NCBI GenBank assembly: GCA_964415895.1 | Contig: CAYQCC010000003.1 | Coordinates: 3,053 to 67,052 of the forward strand | Reading direction: 5' to 3' | Length of the DNA: 64,000 bases | DNA from: an uncultured Candidatus Saccharibacteria bacterium | Lineage (GTDB): Bacteria > Patescibacteriota > Minisyncoccia > Phycocordibacterales > UBA1006 | Shown here: one piece after another, positions 36,262-43,387 of the stretch | Layout of the letters: the number at the start of each line of letters is the position of its first letter | Numbering within the stretch: the stretch's first letter is position 1 | Notes under the pieces: model-generated | Seen by the model: the letters and a program-made list of their open reading frames with translations, nothing else | Databases searched by the model: none | What the model was told of the DNA's origin: nothing | Position numbers and translations under genes: made by a program

Positions 36262-37170
36262 ATGAAATTGCGTTTACTAGTTGTGACACTCTTTACTCTA
36301 TTCTGTATCGTCTTCATTATCGAAAATAATTCGATGGCAGTTTTTCGCTGGTTTGGTGCAATCGTATCGGCGATGAGCATCACATCAATGTACTACGCAC
36401 ATCGCAAGGAACGACGTGAAAAATCTGAACAAGAAAAAGGTGCCATTATGGAACAAGCTAATAAAAAGATGGAAACTATTAACCAAGCAAAGGATGAATT
36501 TCTTTCATTTGCAACGCATCAGTTGCGCAGTCCGCTTACTTCGATAAAATGGGGTTTGAATGCTATTTCTGATTCTGTAAAAAATGATACAACAACTCTC
36601 CAACTGGTTGAACAGCTGCGAACCATTGCAGACAATATGGTAAACACAGTTAATGATTTGTTGGATATTTCAAAAATAGAACAAGGCGGACTCGTTTTAA
36701 CAGTAGAGCCAGTTGATTTGGTTGAACTATTGGATCAACTTGCTGAGAACTACCGTATGACAGCTGCTGCAAAAAATCTACTATTGCAATTTCAGACAAA
36801 TCTTCCTATTGCGATTATTTCAGGCGATAAAACAAAACTGCGGCAAGTGTTTGCAAACCTTATTGATAATGCCATTAAATATACAAGCACTGGATCAATC
36901 GCCATATCGCTTTCCTATCAGCAAGATCGTAACGAATTTATTGTTGATGTTACAGACACTGGTCCTGGAATCGCAAAAGAAGAACTTGATAACTTGTTTG
37001 AAAAGTTCGCGCGTGGAACAGCAGGAAAAGCATCCGCAACAAAAGGTTCAGGGCTTGGACTCTATCTTGGCAAGAAAATAGTAGAACTCCATAAAGGCTC
37101 TATTAACGTAACCTCTGCAGGCACAGACAAAGGAAGCACTTTTTCAGTACATCTTCCAAAAAACGTATAG
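36262..37170 (+). CDS. Sensor histidine kinase (HisKA plus HATPase_c), membrane-anchored
   Basis: H-box 'FATHQLRSPLTSI', N-box 'NLIDNAIKYT', G-boxes 'DTGPGI', 'GSGLGL'. Confidence 0.8.
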   Translation: MKLRLLVVTLFTLFCIVFIIENNSMAVFRWFGAIVSAMSITSMYYAHRKERREKSEQEKGAIMEQANKKMETINQAKDEFLSFATHQLRSPLTSIKWGLNAISDSVKNDTTTLQLVEQLRTIADNMVNTVNDLLDISKIEQGGLVLTVEPVDLVELLDQLAENYRMTAAAKNLLLQFQTNLPIAIISGDKTKLRQVFANLIDNAIKYTSTGSIAISLSYQQDRNEFIVDVTDTGPGIAKEELDNLFEKFARGTAGKASATKGSGLGLYLGKKIVELHKGSINVTSAGTDKGSTFSVHLPKNV

Positions 37171-37213
37171 TTGTTTGTCTTGATAAAAAAAATAACGTAT
37201 AATAATAGCAATT

Positions 37214-37690
37214 ATGATTCACGAAGAAACAATCGAATTCTCATGGAGTACGCTGCAATACGAACACCGCGTGAAAAGTACCGACTGGTATTGGGCTTTG
37301 GGTATTTTAGTAGTACTTGGTGCGGCAATAGCATTCATCAGTAAGAACTTATTATTTGGATTTCTTATCTTGATGGGTGGTTTTATGATTGGACTGTTTG
37401 CGAATAAAAAAAATGATCCAATGTCAGTCGAGGTAAGTGAGCGCGGAGTTATTATTAACGATCTTATTATCAATTTTAGTGATATTAGCGGGTTCTGGCT
37501 TTATAAAAACATTTCAGGTATTCGAAAGCTTATCTTAAAAACAAACCGTAACATGGCTTCTGTTATATCTTTACCTATTCCAGACGATATGCGTGCAGCT
37601 GATCTACGAGATTTTCTACTAAAACATATTCCAGAAAAAGAATTAAAGGAATCATTCGTAGACTTACTGTCAGAAAAGATTGGTTTTTAA
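37214..37690 (+). CDS. Hypothetical membrane protein
   Basis: Two TM helices; ORF track. Confidence 0.4.
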   Translation: MIHEETIEFSWSTLQYEHRVKSTDWYWALGILVVLGAAIAFISKNLLFGFLILMGGFMIGLFANKKNDPMSVEVSERGVIINDLIINFSDISGFWLYKNISGIRKLILKTNRNMASVISLPIPDDMRAADLRDFLLKHIPEKELKESFVDLLSEKIGF

Positions 37691-37764
37691 TAAAAATACA
37701 CATTACGTGTATTTTTATTACGGTTCTTGAATAATCAAACAATCCATGGTATGGTTGCCCTACT

Positions 37765-37836
37765 GCTTTCGTCGTTCAACGGATAGGACATAACTTTGCG
37801 GAAGTTAAGATCCAGGTTCGATTCCTGGCGAGAGCA
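37765..37836 (+). tRNA. tRNA, putative Arg (anticodon GCG as folded by hand)
   Basis: Acceptor GCTTTCG/CGAGAGC (one G-U), D-arm GTTC-AACGGATA-GGAC, anticodon arm TAACT-TTGCGGA-AGTTA, V-loop AGAT, T-arm CCAGG-TTCGATT-CCTGG, discriminator A; followed by terminator 37848..37878. Confidence 0.6.
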
Positions 37837-37847
37837 CCTGCGAAATA

Positions 37848-37878
37848 AAGAAAAACACCGATTCCTAGGTGTTTTTCT
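37848..37878. terminator. Bidirectional rho-independent terminator aaaaacacc-N-ggtgttttt
   Basis: Perfect 9-bp stem with A/T runs on both sides. Confidence 0.55.
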
Positions 37879-38493
37879 TTATTCTTCAATTACTTTTGCA
37901 ATCGGTTTTCCGTTCTGGATCAGATATTTTTTAAGGGATCGGAATAACATCGTTCCAATCACAATGATGAATATGACAAGTATTATGTTTTGTATAATTC
38001 CTACTCCAGCAAGGACGCGTTCCAGCTGATTTCGCAAGAAGTAACCAACGCCGATGAAAAGACTTGTGTATATTGAAAGCGAAACAAATTCATATCCAAC
38101 AAATCGCTTGAAGGATATCTTGTAAAATCCTGCGAGGAATCCAGATAAGAATCGAAAATAAATCAAGAATCGAGCAAAAATAATAACGCGCTCCAATTTT
38201 TCATCTGTCATGTCGTTCAAGAAATCGAACTTATCGGCAAACAGTTTCTTGTAAAACTTGGTTGTGATTTTTGATCCATGATATGCCAACTGATACACTG
38301 CGAAATCTGCAACAAATAATCCTGCCATACAAACTGGTATAAGTATCGCAAGATGAAACACGCCGATTCCTGCTAAATATCCAAATGAGATCAATGTGAC
38401 TTCCTCGGGAAATGGCAAAACGATCATTGCTAGCATCGAAATTCCAAACACTCCTAAATATGATAATCCGCCCAATTGATGAATAAACTCCAT
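37879..38493 (-). CDS. DedA/TVP38-family membrane protein
   Basis: Multi-pass; 'VTLISFGYLAGIGVFHLA' DedA core. Confidence 0.55.
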   Translation of the reverse strand: MEFIHQLGGLSYLGVFGISMLAMIVLPFPEEVTLISFGYLAGIGVFHLAILIPVCMAGLFVADFAVYQLAYHGSKITTKFYKKLFADKFDFLNDMTDEKLERVIIFARFLIYFRFLSGFLAGFYKISFKRFVGYEFVSLSIYTSLFIGVGYFLRNQLERVLAGVGIIQNIILVIFIIVIGTMLFRSLKKYLIQNGKPIAKVIEE

Positions 38494-38502
38494 AGAATAA
38501 TA

Positions 38503-38781
38503 CTATTGTACCACATTTGCACCTTGCGCCCAAGACACTAATTGCTTGTAGGTTACCTCGCCACACAACACAACATTGGTCATCGTATTTATGAAAACAG
38601 GAATTCCTGGACAATCCGTTTCGCGCGTATAATTTTCCATTAATCGATAATTAGATTCGTTCGTCCAAACTTCGCGTTCGTCGACAATAATCCCAAATTC
38701 TGTTTCCATTCGAGAAATTAATCGACGCATTATTTCACAATGGTCGCAATCCGCGCCAGAGAAAAAGAGTAAGTGGTTCAT
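38503..38781 (-). CDS. Thioredoxin-fold protein (glutaredoxin-like, CxxC = CDHC)
   Basis: 'SGADCDHCEIM' active-site-like motif; 92 aa. Confidence 0.5.
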   Translation of the reverse strand: MNHLLFFSGADCDHCEIMRRLISRMETEFGIIVDEREVWTNESNYRLMENYTRETDCPGIPVFINTMTNVVLCGEVTYKQLVSWAQGANVVQ

Positions 38782-38821
38782 AAAAAAAGTATATCATATA
38801 ACAAAAAAATCCTATGAAGGA

Positions 38822-39070
38822 TTATTTTGCTTGTTTTTTAGCAACAGCTTTTGAAAGTCGTGACTTCTTTCGGCTTGCTGCATTTTTCTTGATAACGCCG
38901 CGTTTTGCCGCTTTATCAATTGCTTGGAATGCTTTTGAAAGGTCTTCAGCTGCACTTGAAACCTTTACAGATTTCACAGCAACTTTCATAGCACGACGAC
39001 GTCGGTCATTCAATACTCGTTTTCGAGCTGCTACGCGCAACGCTTTTTTTGCATTTTGGAGATTAGGCAT
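38822..39070 (-). CDS. rpsT: 30S ribosomal protein S20
   Basis: 'MPNLQNAKKALRVAARKRVLNDRRRRAMK...' is canonical S20. Confidence 0.9.
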   Translation of the reverse strand: MPNLQNAKKALRVAARKRVLNDRRRRAMKVAVKSVKVSSAAEDLSKAFQAIDKAAKRGVIKKNAASRKKSRLSKAVAKKQAK

Positions 39071-39240
39071 AATTAATTAAATAGGTTTGAGAGCGTTTCA
39101 AATAATATGTCACATAGTCGGTAGAATATGTGACGATGAAACAAGTGAATATCTGTCAGGAGAACAGAGGCTTGATTCATTGAACTGCCCACACAATATA
39201 GCACAGTTTTTAATTTCTGCAACCAGTGAATTATATAGGC

Positions 39241-39813
39241 TTATTTCCCAAGAATCTTCAAAGCTTCACGGATAATACGACTTGTGTCACCGTCATCGGT
39301 GTCGATTGATTGGATAGAAATGCGTATAACACGTTCGTGATAGCCCATAGCAAGCAAGGCATCCACTACGTCACGGATATGGTCGGATTCCACATGGCCA
39401 TGTTCCATTGATAGTTTTTCAACCTTATCTTTCAATTCCAGTACAATTTTCTCGGCAGTTTTTTTGCCTATTCCTGATACTTGCGTTAGATATGCAACGT
39501 TTTCTGTCTTGATAGCATGAATCAACGAACCCATATCTGCTACTGACAATATTCCAAGAGCGGATTTTGGTCCAATTCCTGAAACGTTTAAAAGGAGTTC
39601 AAATACGTCTTGGGCAGATAGTGATTCAAACCCAAACAAATCAAGAGCATCCTCGCGGACAGATGTGTAAATCCAAAGTGAGGTTTGTGCACCAACAACA
39701 GATTGCTGCAAGATTGGTGGCGCAACAAACACCTTATATCCAACACCACCCGTATCAATCACGATATATTTTTCCGTAACGGCAATAATAGTGCCCGATA
39801 AATAACTAATCAT
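39241..39813 (-). CDS. ruvA: Holliday junction DNA helicase subunit RuvA (start at internal MISYLSGTI; listed ORF is extended through a repeat element)
   Basis: 'MISYLSGTI...GGVGYKV', HhH pairs 'VSGIGPKSALGIL' and 'VSGIGKKTAEKIV'. Confidence 0.8.
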   Translation of the reverse strand: MISYLSGTIIAVTEKYIVIDTGGVGYKVFVAPPILQQSVVGAQTSLWIYTSVREDALDLFGFESLSAQDVFELLLNVSGIGPKSALGILSVADMGSLIHAIKTENVAYLTQVSGIGKKTAEKIVLELKDKVEKLSMEHGHVESDHIRDVVDALLAMGYHERVIRISIQSIDTDDGDTSRIIREALKILGK

Positions 39814-39838
39814 ATGCGTCAGTATATCACATGTATTG

Positions 39839-39967
39839 TCATTCCCGCGAAGGCGGGAATCTGTATGAGACCAGTTCATTCGGGTACTCATTTTTTATAA
39901 GAATATAGCTCATAAAATCTACAGATGCAGTTCTGCAAATCATGGATTCCCGCCTTCGCGGGAATGA
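39839..39967. repeat. Palindromic repeat element: two inverted 23-bp arms 'tcattcccgcgaaggcgggaatc' and 'gattcccgccttcgcgggaatga' around an 83-bp core; MITE-like
   Basis: Arms are exact reverse complements; each arm is itself a GC hairpin (ttcccgc-gaag-gcgggaa); translates into the spurious 'DSRLRGND' peptides seen in listed ORFs. Confidence 0.75.
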
Positions 39968-39996
39968 CAGCAAAATTCATGATATACTAATTTCAT

Positions 39997-40269
39997 ATGG
40001 CAGATGCTCCAAAAGATGGAAAAGACAAAGGTGGCGACAAAAAACCTTCCAGTGGTGGTGGGTCAAGTGGCGCAAGCTCTTTTTTGGCAATCTTACTGAT
40101 TCTGTTTATTTTATGGGTTATCAGCGGGGGACCTGAACGAAATCCCGAGTCACGATTCAATCAATTTATAGAGCCAATTGGTGTTAATGGTCATGTTGGT
40201 GAAACCTACCATGACGATCCATTTGGACAACCTGGCTCTGTGACAAACACGTTGCCGTTTCTAAAATAA
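39997..40269 (+). CDS. Small membrane protein, Gly/Ser-rich N-terminus
   Basis: ORF track; TM 'FLAILLILFILWVI'. Confidence 0.4.
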   Translation: MADAPKDGKDKGGDKKPSSGGGSSGASSFLAILLILFILWVISGGPERNPESRFNQFIEPIGVNGHVGETYHDDPFGQPGSVTNTLPFLK

Positions 40270-40276
40270 GCTACAT

Positions 40277-40873
40277 ATGCATTACGTTATAATTGTTAAT
40301 GGACTGGGTGGCGAAACCACACCTTTACGATGGGCTACAGCATCTTGGAAACAATACGGGCTCACTCCGATAGTTTTTCATATCGACTGGAAGGAAAAGA
40401 ATACTAATTTAGAAAACAAATTGAATTCATTTTTGGAAAAGATAGACTCTCTAATATCTTCAGAAAACAAGGTATCACTGATTGGATGTAGCGCTGGCGC
40501 AGGATTTGTCTTGAATGCGTTTCTGGAACGAAGAAATGCTATTGATCATGTGATCAATATCTGCGGACCAGTAAGAATGGATCGTCCGCAAACAATAAAA
40601 CTTCGATCGATCTCATGGTGGAAAAATGTCAGCCCACTATTAATACAGTCGTTGACTAGGTTGGAAGACAACTTCCACAAACTAAGAGATTCTGATATAG
40701 AAAAAATAATGACTATACGTGCCGCGTTTGGAGACGAATTGGTCCCTTCAGAAACGATTATGGTCAAAGGTGCATATAATATAACCATTCCTACAATCGA
40801 ACATACCCTTTCTATTTATTTAGCACTTACTATATTTAAAAAAAGGTTAATCAAATTTCTGTATACAAAATAA
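40277..40873 (+). CDS. Alpha/beta-hydrolase-fold protein (lipase/esterase-like)
   Basis: GxSxG nucleophile elbow 'GCSAG'. Confidence 0.5.
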   Translation: MHYVIIVNGLGGETTPLRWATASWKQYGLTPIVFHIDWKEKNTNLENKLNSFLEKIDSLISSENKVSLIGCSAGAGFVLNAFLERRNAIDHVINICGPVRMDRPQTIKLRSISWWKNVSPLLIQSLTRLEDNFHKLRDSDIEKIMTIRAAFGDELVPSETIMVKGAYNITIPTIEHTLSIYLALTIFKKRLIKFLYTK

Positions 40874-40901
40874 AATCCTTAGAAGGATTTTATTTTGATT
40901 A

Positions 40902-40937
40902 TAGACTTTGTGTTTTATGTGCGCCCGGTAGGAATCG
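40902..40937. repeat. 36-bp direct repeat copy of tRNA-Lys 3' end plus flank (agactttgtgttttatgtgcgcccggtaggaatcg); partner 41082..41117
   Basis: Exact 36/36 identity read in sequence. Confidence 0.8.
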
Positions 40938-41099
40938 GTCACGATCGCATAGTCGCTATCGCTCCTTGCGCCCCGACCCGGACTCGCCGACAAAATTCTC
41001 ATGCTTCGAATTTCGTAGACCGGCTCCGTCTTTCGATTCCTCCGTACTTGGTAAAACACAAAAGCCTGAACGCTTTGCGTCCAGACTTTGTGTTTTATG

Positions 41100-41172
41100 T
41101 GCGCCCGGTAGGAATCGAACCTACGACCCTCTGCTTAAAAGGCAGGTGCTCTACCAGCTGAGCTACAGGCGC
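41100..41172 (-). tRNA. tRNA-Lys (anticodon TTT)
   Basis: Reverse complement GCGCCTG-TA-GCTC-AGCTGGTA-GAGC-A-CCTGC-CTTTTAA-GCAGA-GGGTC-GTAGG-TTCGATT-CCTAC-CGGGCGC-A. Confidence 0.9.
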
Positions 41173-41213
41173 AATGTAGTTAAATATACACAATTTCTGT
41201 ATAATGACAAGAT

Positions 41214-41723
41214 ATGAAAGTTGTTAAACCTATCGAATCCCTAAATCTACCTCAAACAATCCTGATTCTAAACGATATCCGCAGCATAATCAATGTTGGT
41301 GCCATCTTTCGAACAGCAGACGCAGTTGGAATTAATCAGATCATCCTATCAGGCGTAAGTCCAGCCCCTATTGATCGATTTGGTCGTGTCCGCGGAGATT
41401 TTGCAAAGGCATCGCTTGGATCAGAGCATTCGGTTCCCTGGGAACAAGTTGAAGATATTATTAAGTCGATTAAAGACTTTAAAAAGCAAGGATATACGAT
41501 AATTGCGATCGAACAGGCTAAGAATTCCGTTCATTTCAAGAAATATTCCCAAATTGTGGATCAGAAAGTAGTTATTATCCCTGGAAACGAGGTTGATGGT
41601 GTGCCAAGCCCTATTTTAAAATTAGCAGACGTTATCCTAGAGTTGCCTATGCGAGGAATTAAGGAATCATTGAACGTATCCGTTGCGACAGGAATTATTT
41701 TGTATCACTTGTTAGATAATTAG
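41214..41723 (+). CDS. SpoU/TrmH-family RNA 2'-O-methyltransferase
   Basis: 'NVGAIFRTADAVGINQIILSG' and C-terminal 'LNVSVATGIILY'. Confidence 0.75.
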   Translation: MKVVKPIESLNLPQTILILNDIRSIINVGAIFRTADAVGINQIILSGVSPAPIDRFGRVRGDFAKASLGSEHSVPWEQVEDIIKSIKDFKKQGYTIIAIEQAKNSVHFKKYSQIVDQKVVIIPGNEVDGVPSPILKLADVILELPMRGIKESLNVSVATGIILYHLLDN

Positions 41724-42056
41724 TTATCCACAGTTTTATTTCTATTTACCATACAAACACTTGCGGTGTGTTTTTTGTTTAGGTATACTGTGGGTAGAGA
41801 TTTAGAAACCAAAAAGTACCTGAGTTCCAGATTGGAACAAATATTACAGTCTTTTTTAACTAAATGTACATTATATCTTGTTCCTCTCAACTACAAAAAC
41901 TTTTAGTTTTACAACTAAATCTCCTCAAAAATTTCATAACCGTGTTTAATTATTATTAAACACACGATCACACTTCATCTCTATATACCGATGTAAGTGT
42001 TTTTTATTACCTTGATTTTAAAACAAAAAAGAGTAATGTAGTGGAAAATAAAAATT

Positions 42057-42209
42057 ATGAAAAAAATTCATCCTTTCACTCATTCATTCTTCGTGTTCTT
42101 CTTCGTTCTGAGTCTCGGCTTTGGTATCTTTGCGAAAAATTGGACTATTTCAATCTCCATTGCTGCAATATATGTAATAATGGTTATGTTTATGCTAAAA
42201 AAGTCCTGA
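42057..42209 (+). CDS. Small hydrophobic ORF (50 aa; MKKIHPFTHSFFVFFFVLSLGFGIFAKNW...) followed by perfect terminator
   Basis: Hand translation; terminator gtcctgataagcaattgcttatcaggac at 42203..42230. Confidence 0.3.
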   Translation: MKKIHPFTHSFFVFFFVLSLGFGIFAKNWTISISIAAIYVIMVMFMLKKS

Positions 42210-42237
42210 TAAGCAATTGCTTATCAGGACTTAAAAA

Positions 42238-42864
42238 CTATAGATCTTTCCGTGATAATTTTAATAATACTTCTTCTAATCCTGTTTCAAGTTCACCACC
42301 TGTTTCTCGAGCTTGTGAATAGGCAGTTAGAAATGTTTTCAATGTTTTCTTGAACTCTGGCGTAATAGCTGGTTTTTTCTTTGCAATATCTTTTAATTTC
42401 CACCATAGGATTCCAAAAATTGCTTCTGGTGCTTGGTTTTCAGCAAGGAGTTCTTGGTATGTTGTCCATAATCCAGAGGAGCTTCCTGATGATAATTGAT
42501 TTGCAATAGCAAACGGGTTTGATTTTTCAGATGTTTTTTTCTCTGCGTATTCCTGTAATTGATGGGTTGGCATCGATTTTAGAAATGCGACAGGAAAAGA
42601 ATCTTCTGACCAAACAACGATGGTCGATTCCGAGATACTTGAAAGAGTGTCGATAATCTTATTCCATAATTCTCGATCAATATCTGATAAGAAAATTAGC
42701 TGATCATTTCCAAATAAATTTTGTGCAGTTAGTGCATGTGTAATTTCTGTTGCGTCGCCATCAAATCCACTGAATCGTATCATGTCATGATTCGGATAAT
42801 CTGATTTTATAATTGAAAGAATATCTTCACGTGGAAATTTTTTATATAAATAGATCATAGCCAC
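42238..42864 (-). CDS. holA: Putative DNA polymerase III delta subunit (minimal HolA-like)
   Basis: 208 aa; 'AQNLFGNDQLIFL' and 'ILWWKLKDIA' resemble HolA N-domain and helix; weak. Confidence 0.4.
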   Translation of the reverse strand: MAMIYLYKKFPREDILSIIKSDYPNHDMIRFSGFDGDATEITHALTAQNLFGNDQLIFLSDIDRELWNKIIDTLSSISESTIVVWSEDSFPVAFLKSMPTHQLQEYAEKKTSEKSNPFAIANQLSSGSSSGLWTTYQELLAENQAPEAIFGILWWKLKDIAKKKPAITPEFKKTLKTFLTAYSQARETGGELETGLEEVLLKLSRKDL

Positions 42865-43355
42865 ATGCGAACCTGCGCGCAGTACTTAATATATTCTTCA
42901 CCACAAAATGCAGTCATATGTTTCTCGACGATTGGGATAATAATCCATGATAATACTGACGAAATAACCCATGCACAAATAATAATAGTGATTGAGTTTA
43001 CAAAAAATCCAAATCCAAAAAATAGCAATAGAAATCCGATTGTTCCGGGATGACGACTGTATTTATAAATTCCACGTGACAAATCATTACAAGTCATTTC
43101 GCCTGAAAATAACTGAGAAAGTTTGTGGTGAGAAAATTCACACCATGCAACCATAACCGTTCCCCACACAAAAAAGATAACACCCATTACAATAGCTGTT
43201 GTTGGTGAGTGAAAAAGACGCTGGGGAAATACCCGGAATAATAGTAATGCAATAATGAGAGCGACCAAAAATAATACAGGTATGTAAAATGCAGATAATT
43301 TATAATATTTTAATTTGGCGGGTTCCTGTTCCATAATGAAAGTATTGCACAGCAA
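42855..43355 (-). CDS. Membrane methyltransferase of ICMT/PEMT family
   Basis: Multi-TM with C-terminal 'HPGTIGFL...EEYIKYCAQV' ICMT-like region. Confidence 0.5.
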   Translation of the reverse strand: MLCNTFIMEQEPAKLKYYKLSAFYIPVLFLVALIIALLLFRVFPQRLFHSPTTAIVMGVIFFVWGTVMVAWCEFSHHKLSQLFSGEMTCNDLSRGIYKYSRHPGTIGFLLLFFGFGFFVNSITIIICAWVISSVLSWIIIPIVEKHMTAFCGEEYIKYCAQVRMWL

Positions 43356-43387
43356 ACAAAAAAAGCAAACATTTGCTTTTTTAATGA

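Noticed and set aside
37796-38029. 77-aa plus-strand ORF starting inside the tRNA
   Set aside because: It overlaps the tRNA, its terminator and the antisense of the DedA gene, so it is spurious.
38231-38614. 127-aa minus-strand ORF overlapping DedA-family and thioredoxin-like genes
   Set aside because: It is out of frame with two well-supported genes on the same strand and is Cys/Arg-rich nonsense.
39942-40136. Listed 64-aa ORF 'MDSRLRGNDSKIHD...', and the N-terminal extension of the 39241..39891 ORF
   Set aside because: Both derive from translating the palindromic repeat arms (the DSRLRGND signature). They are not real coding sequence, and ruvA starts at the internal MISYLSGTI.
40895-41217. 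Listed ORFs 40895..41161 and 40966..41217
   Set aside because: They overlap tRNA-Lys and its duplicated 3'-end repeat. They are artefacts of the GC-rich tRNA sequence.
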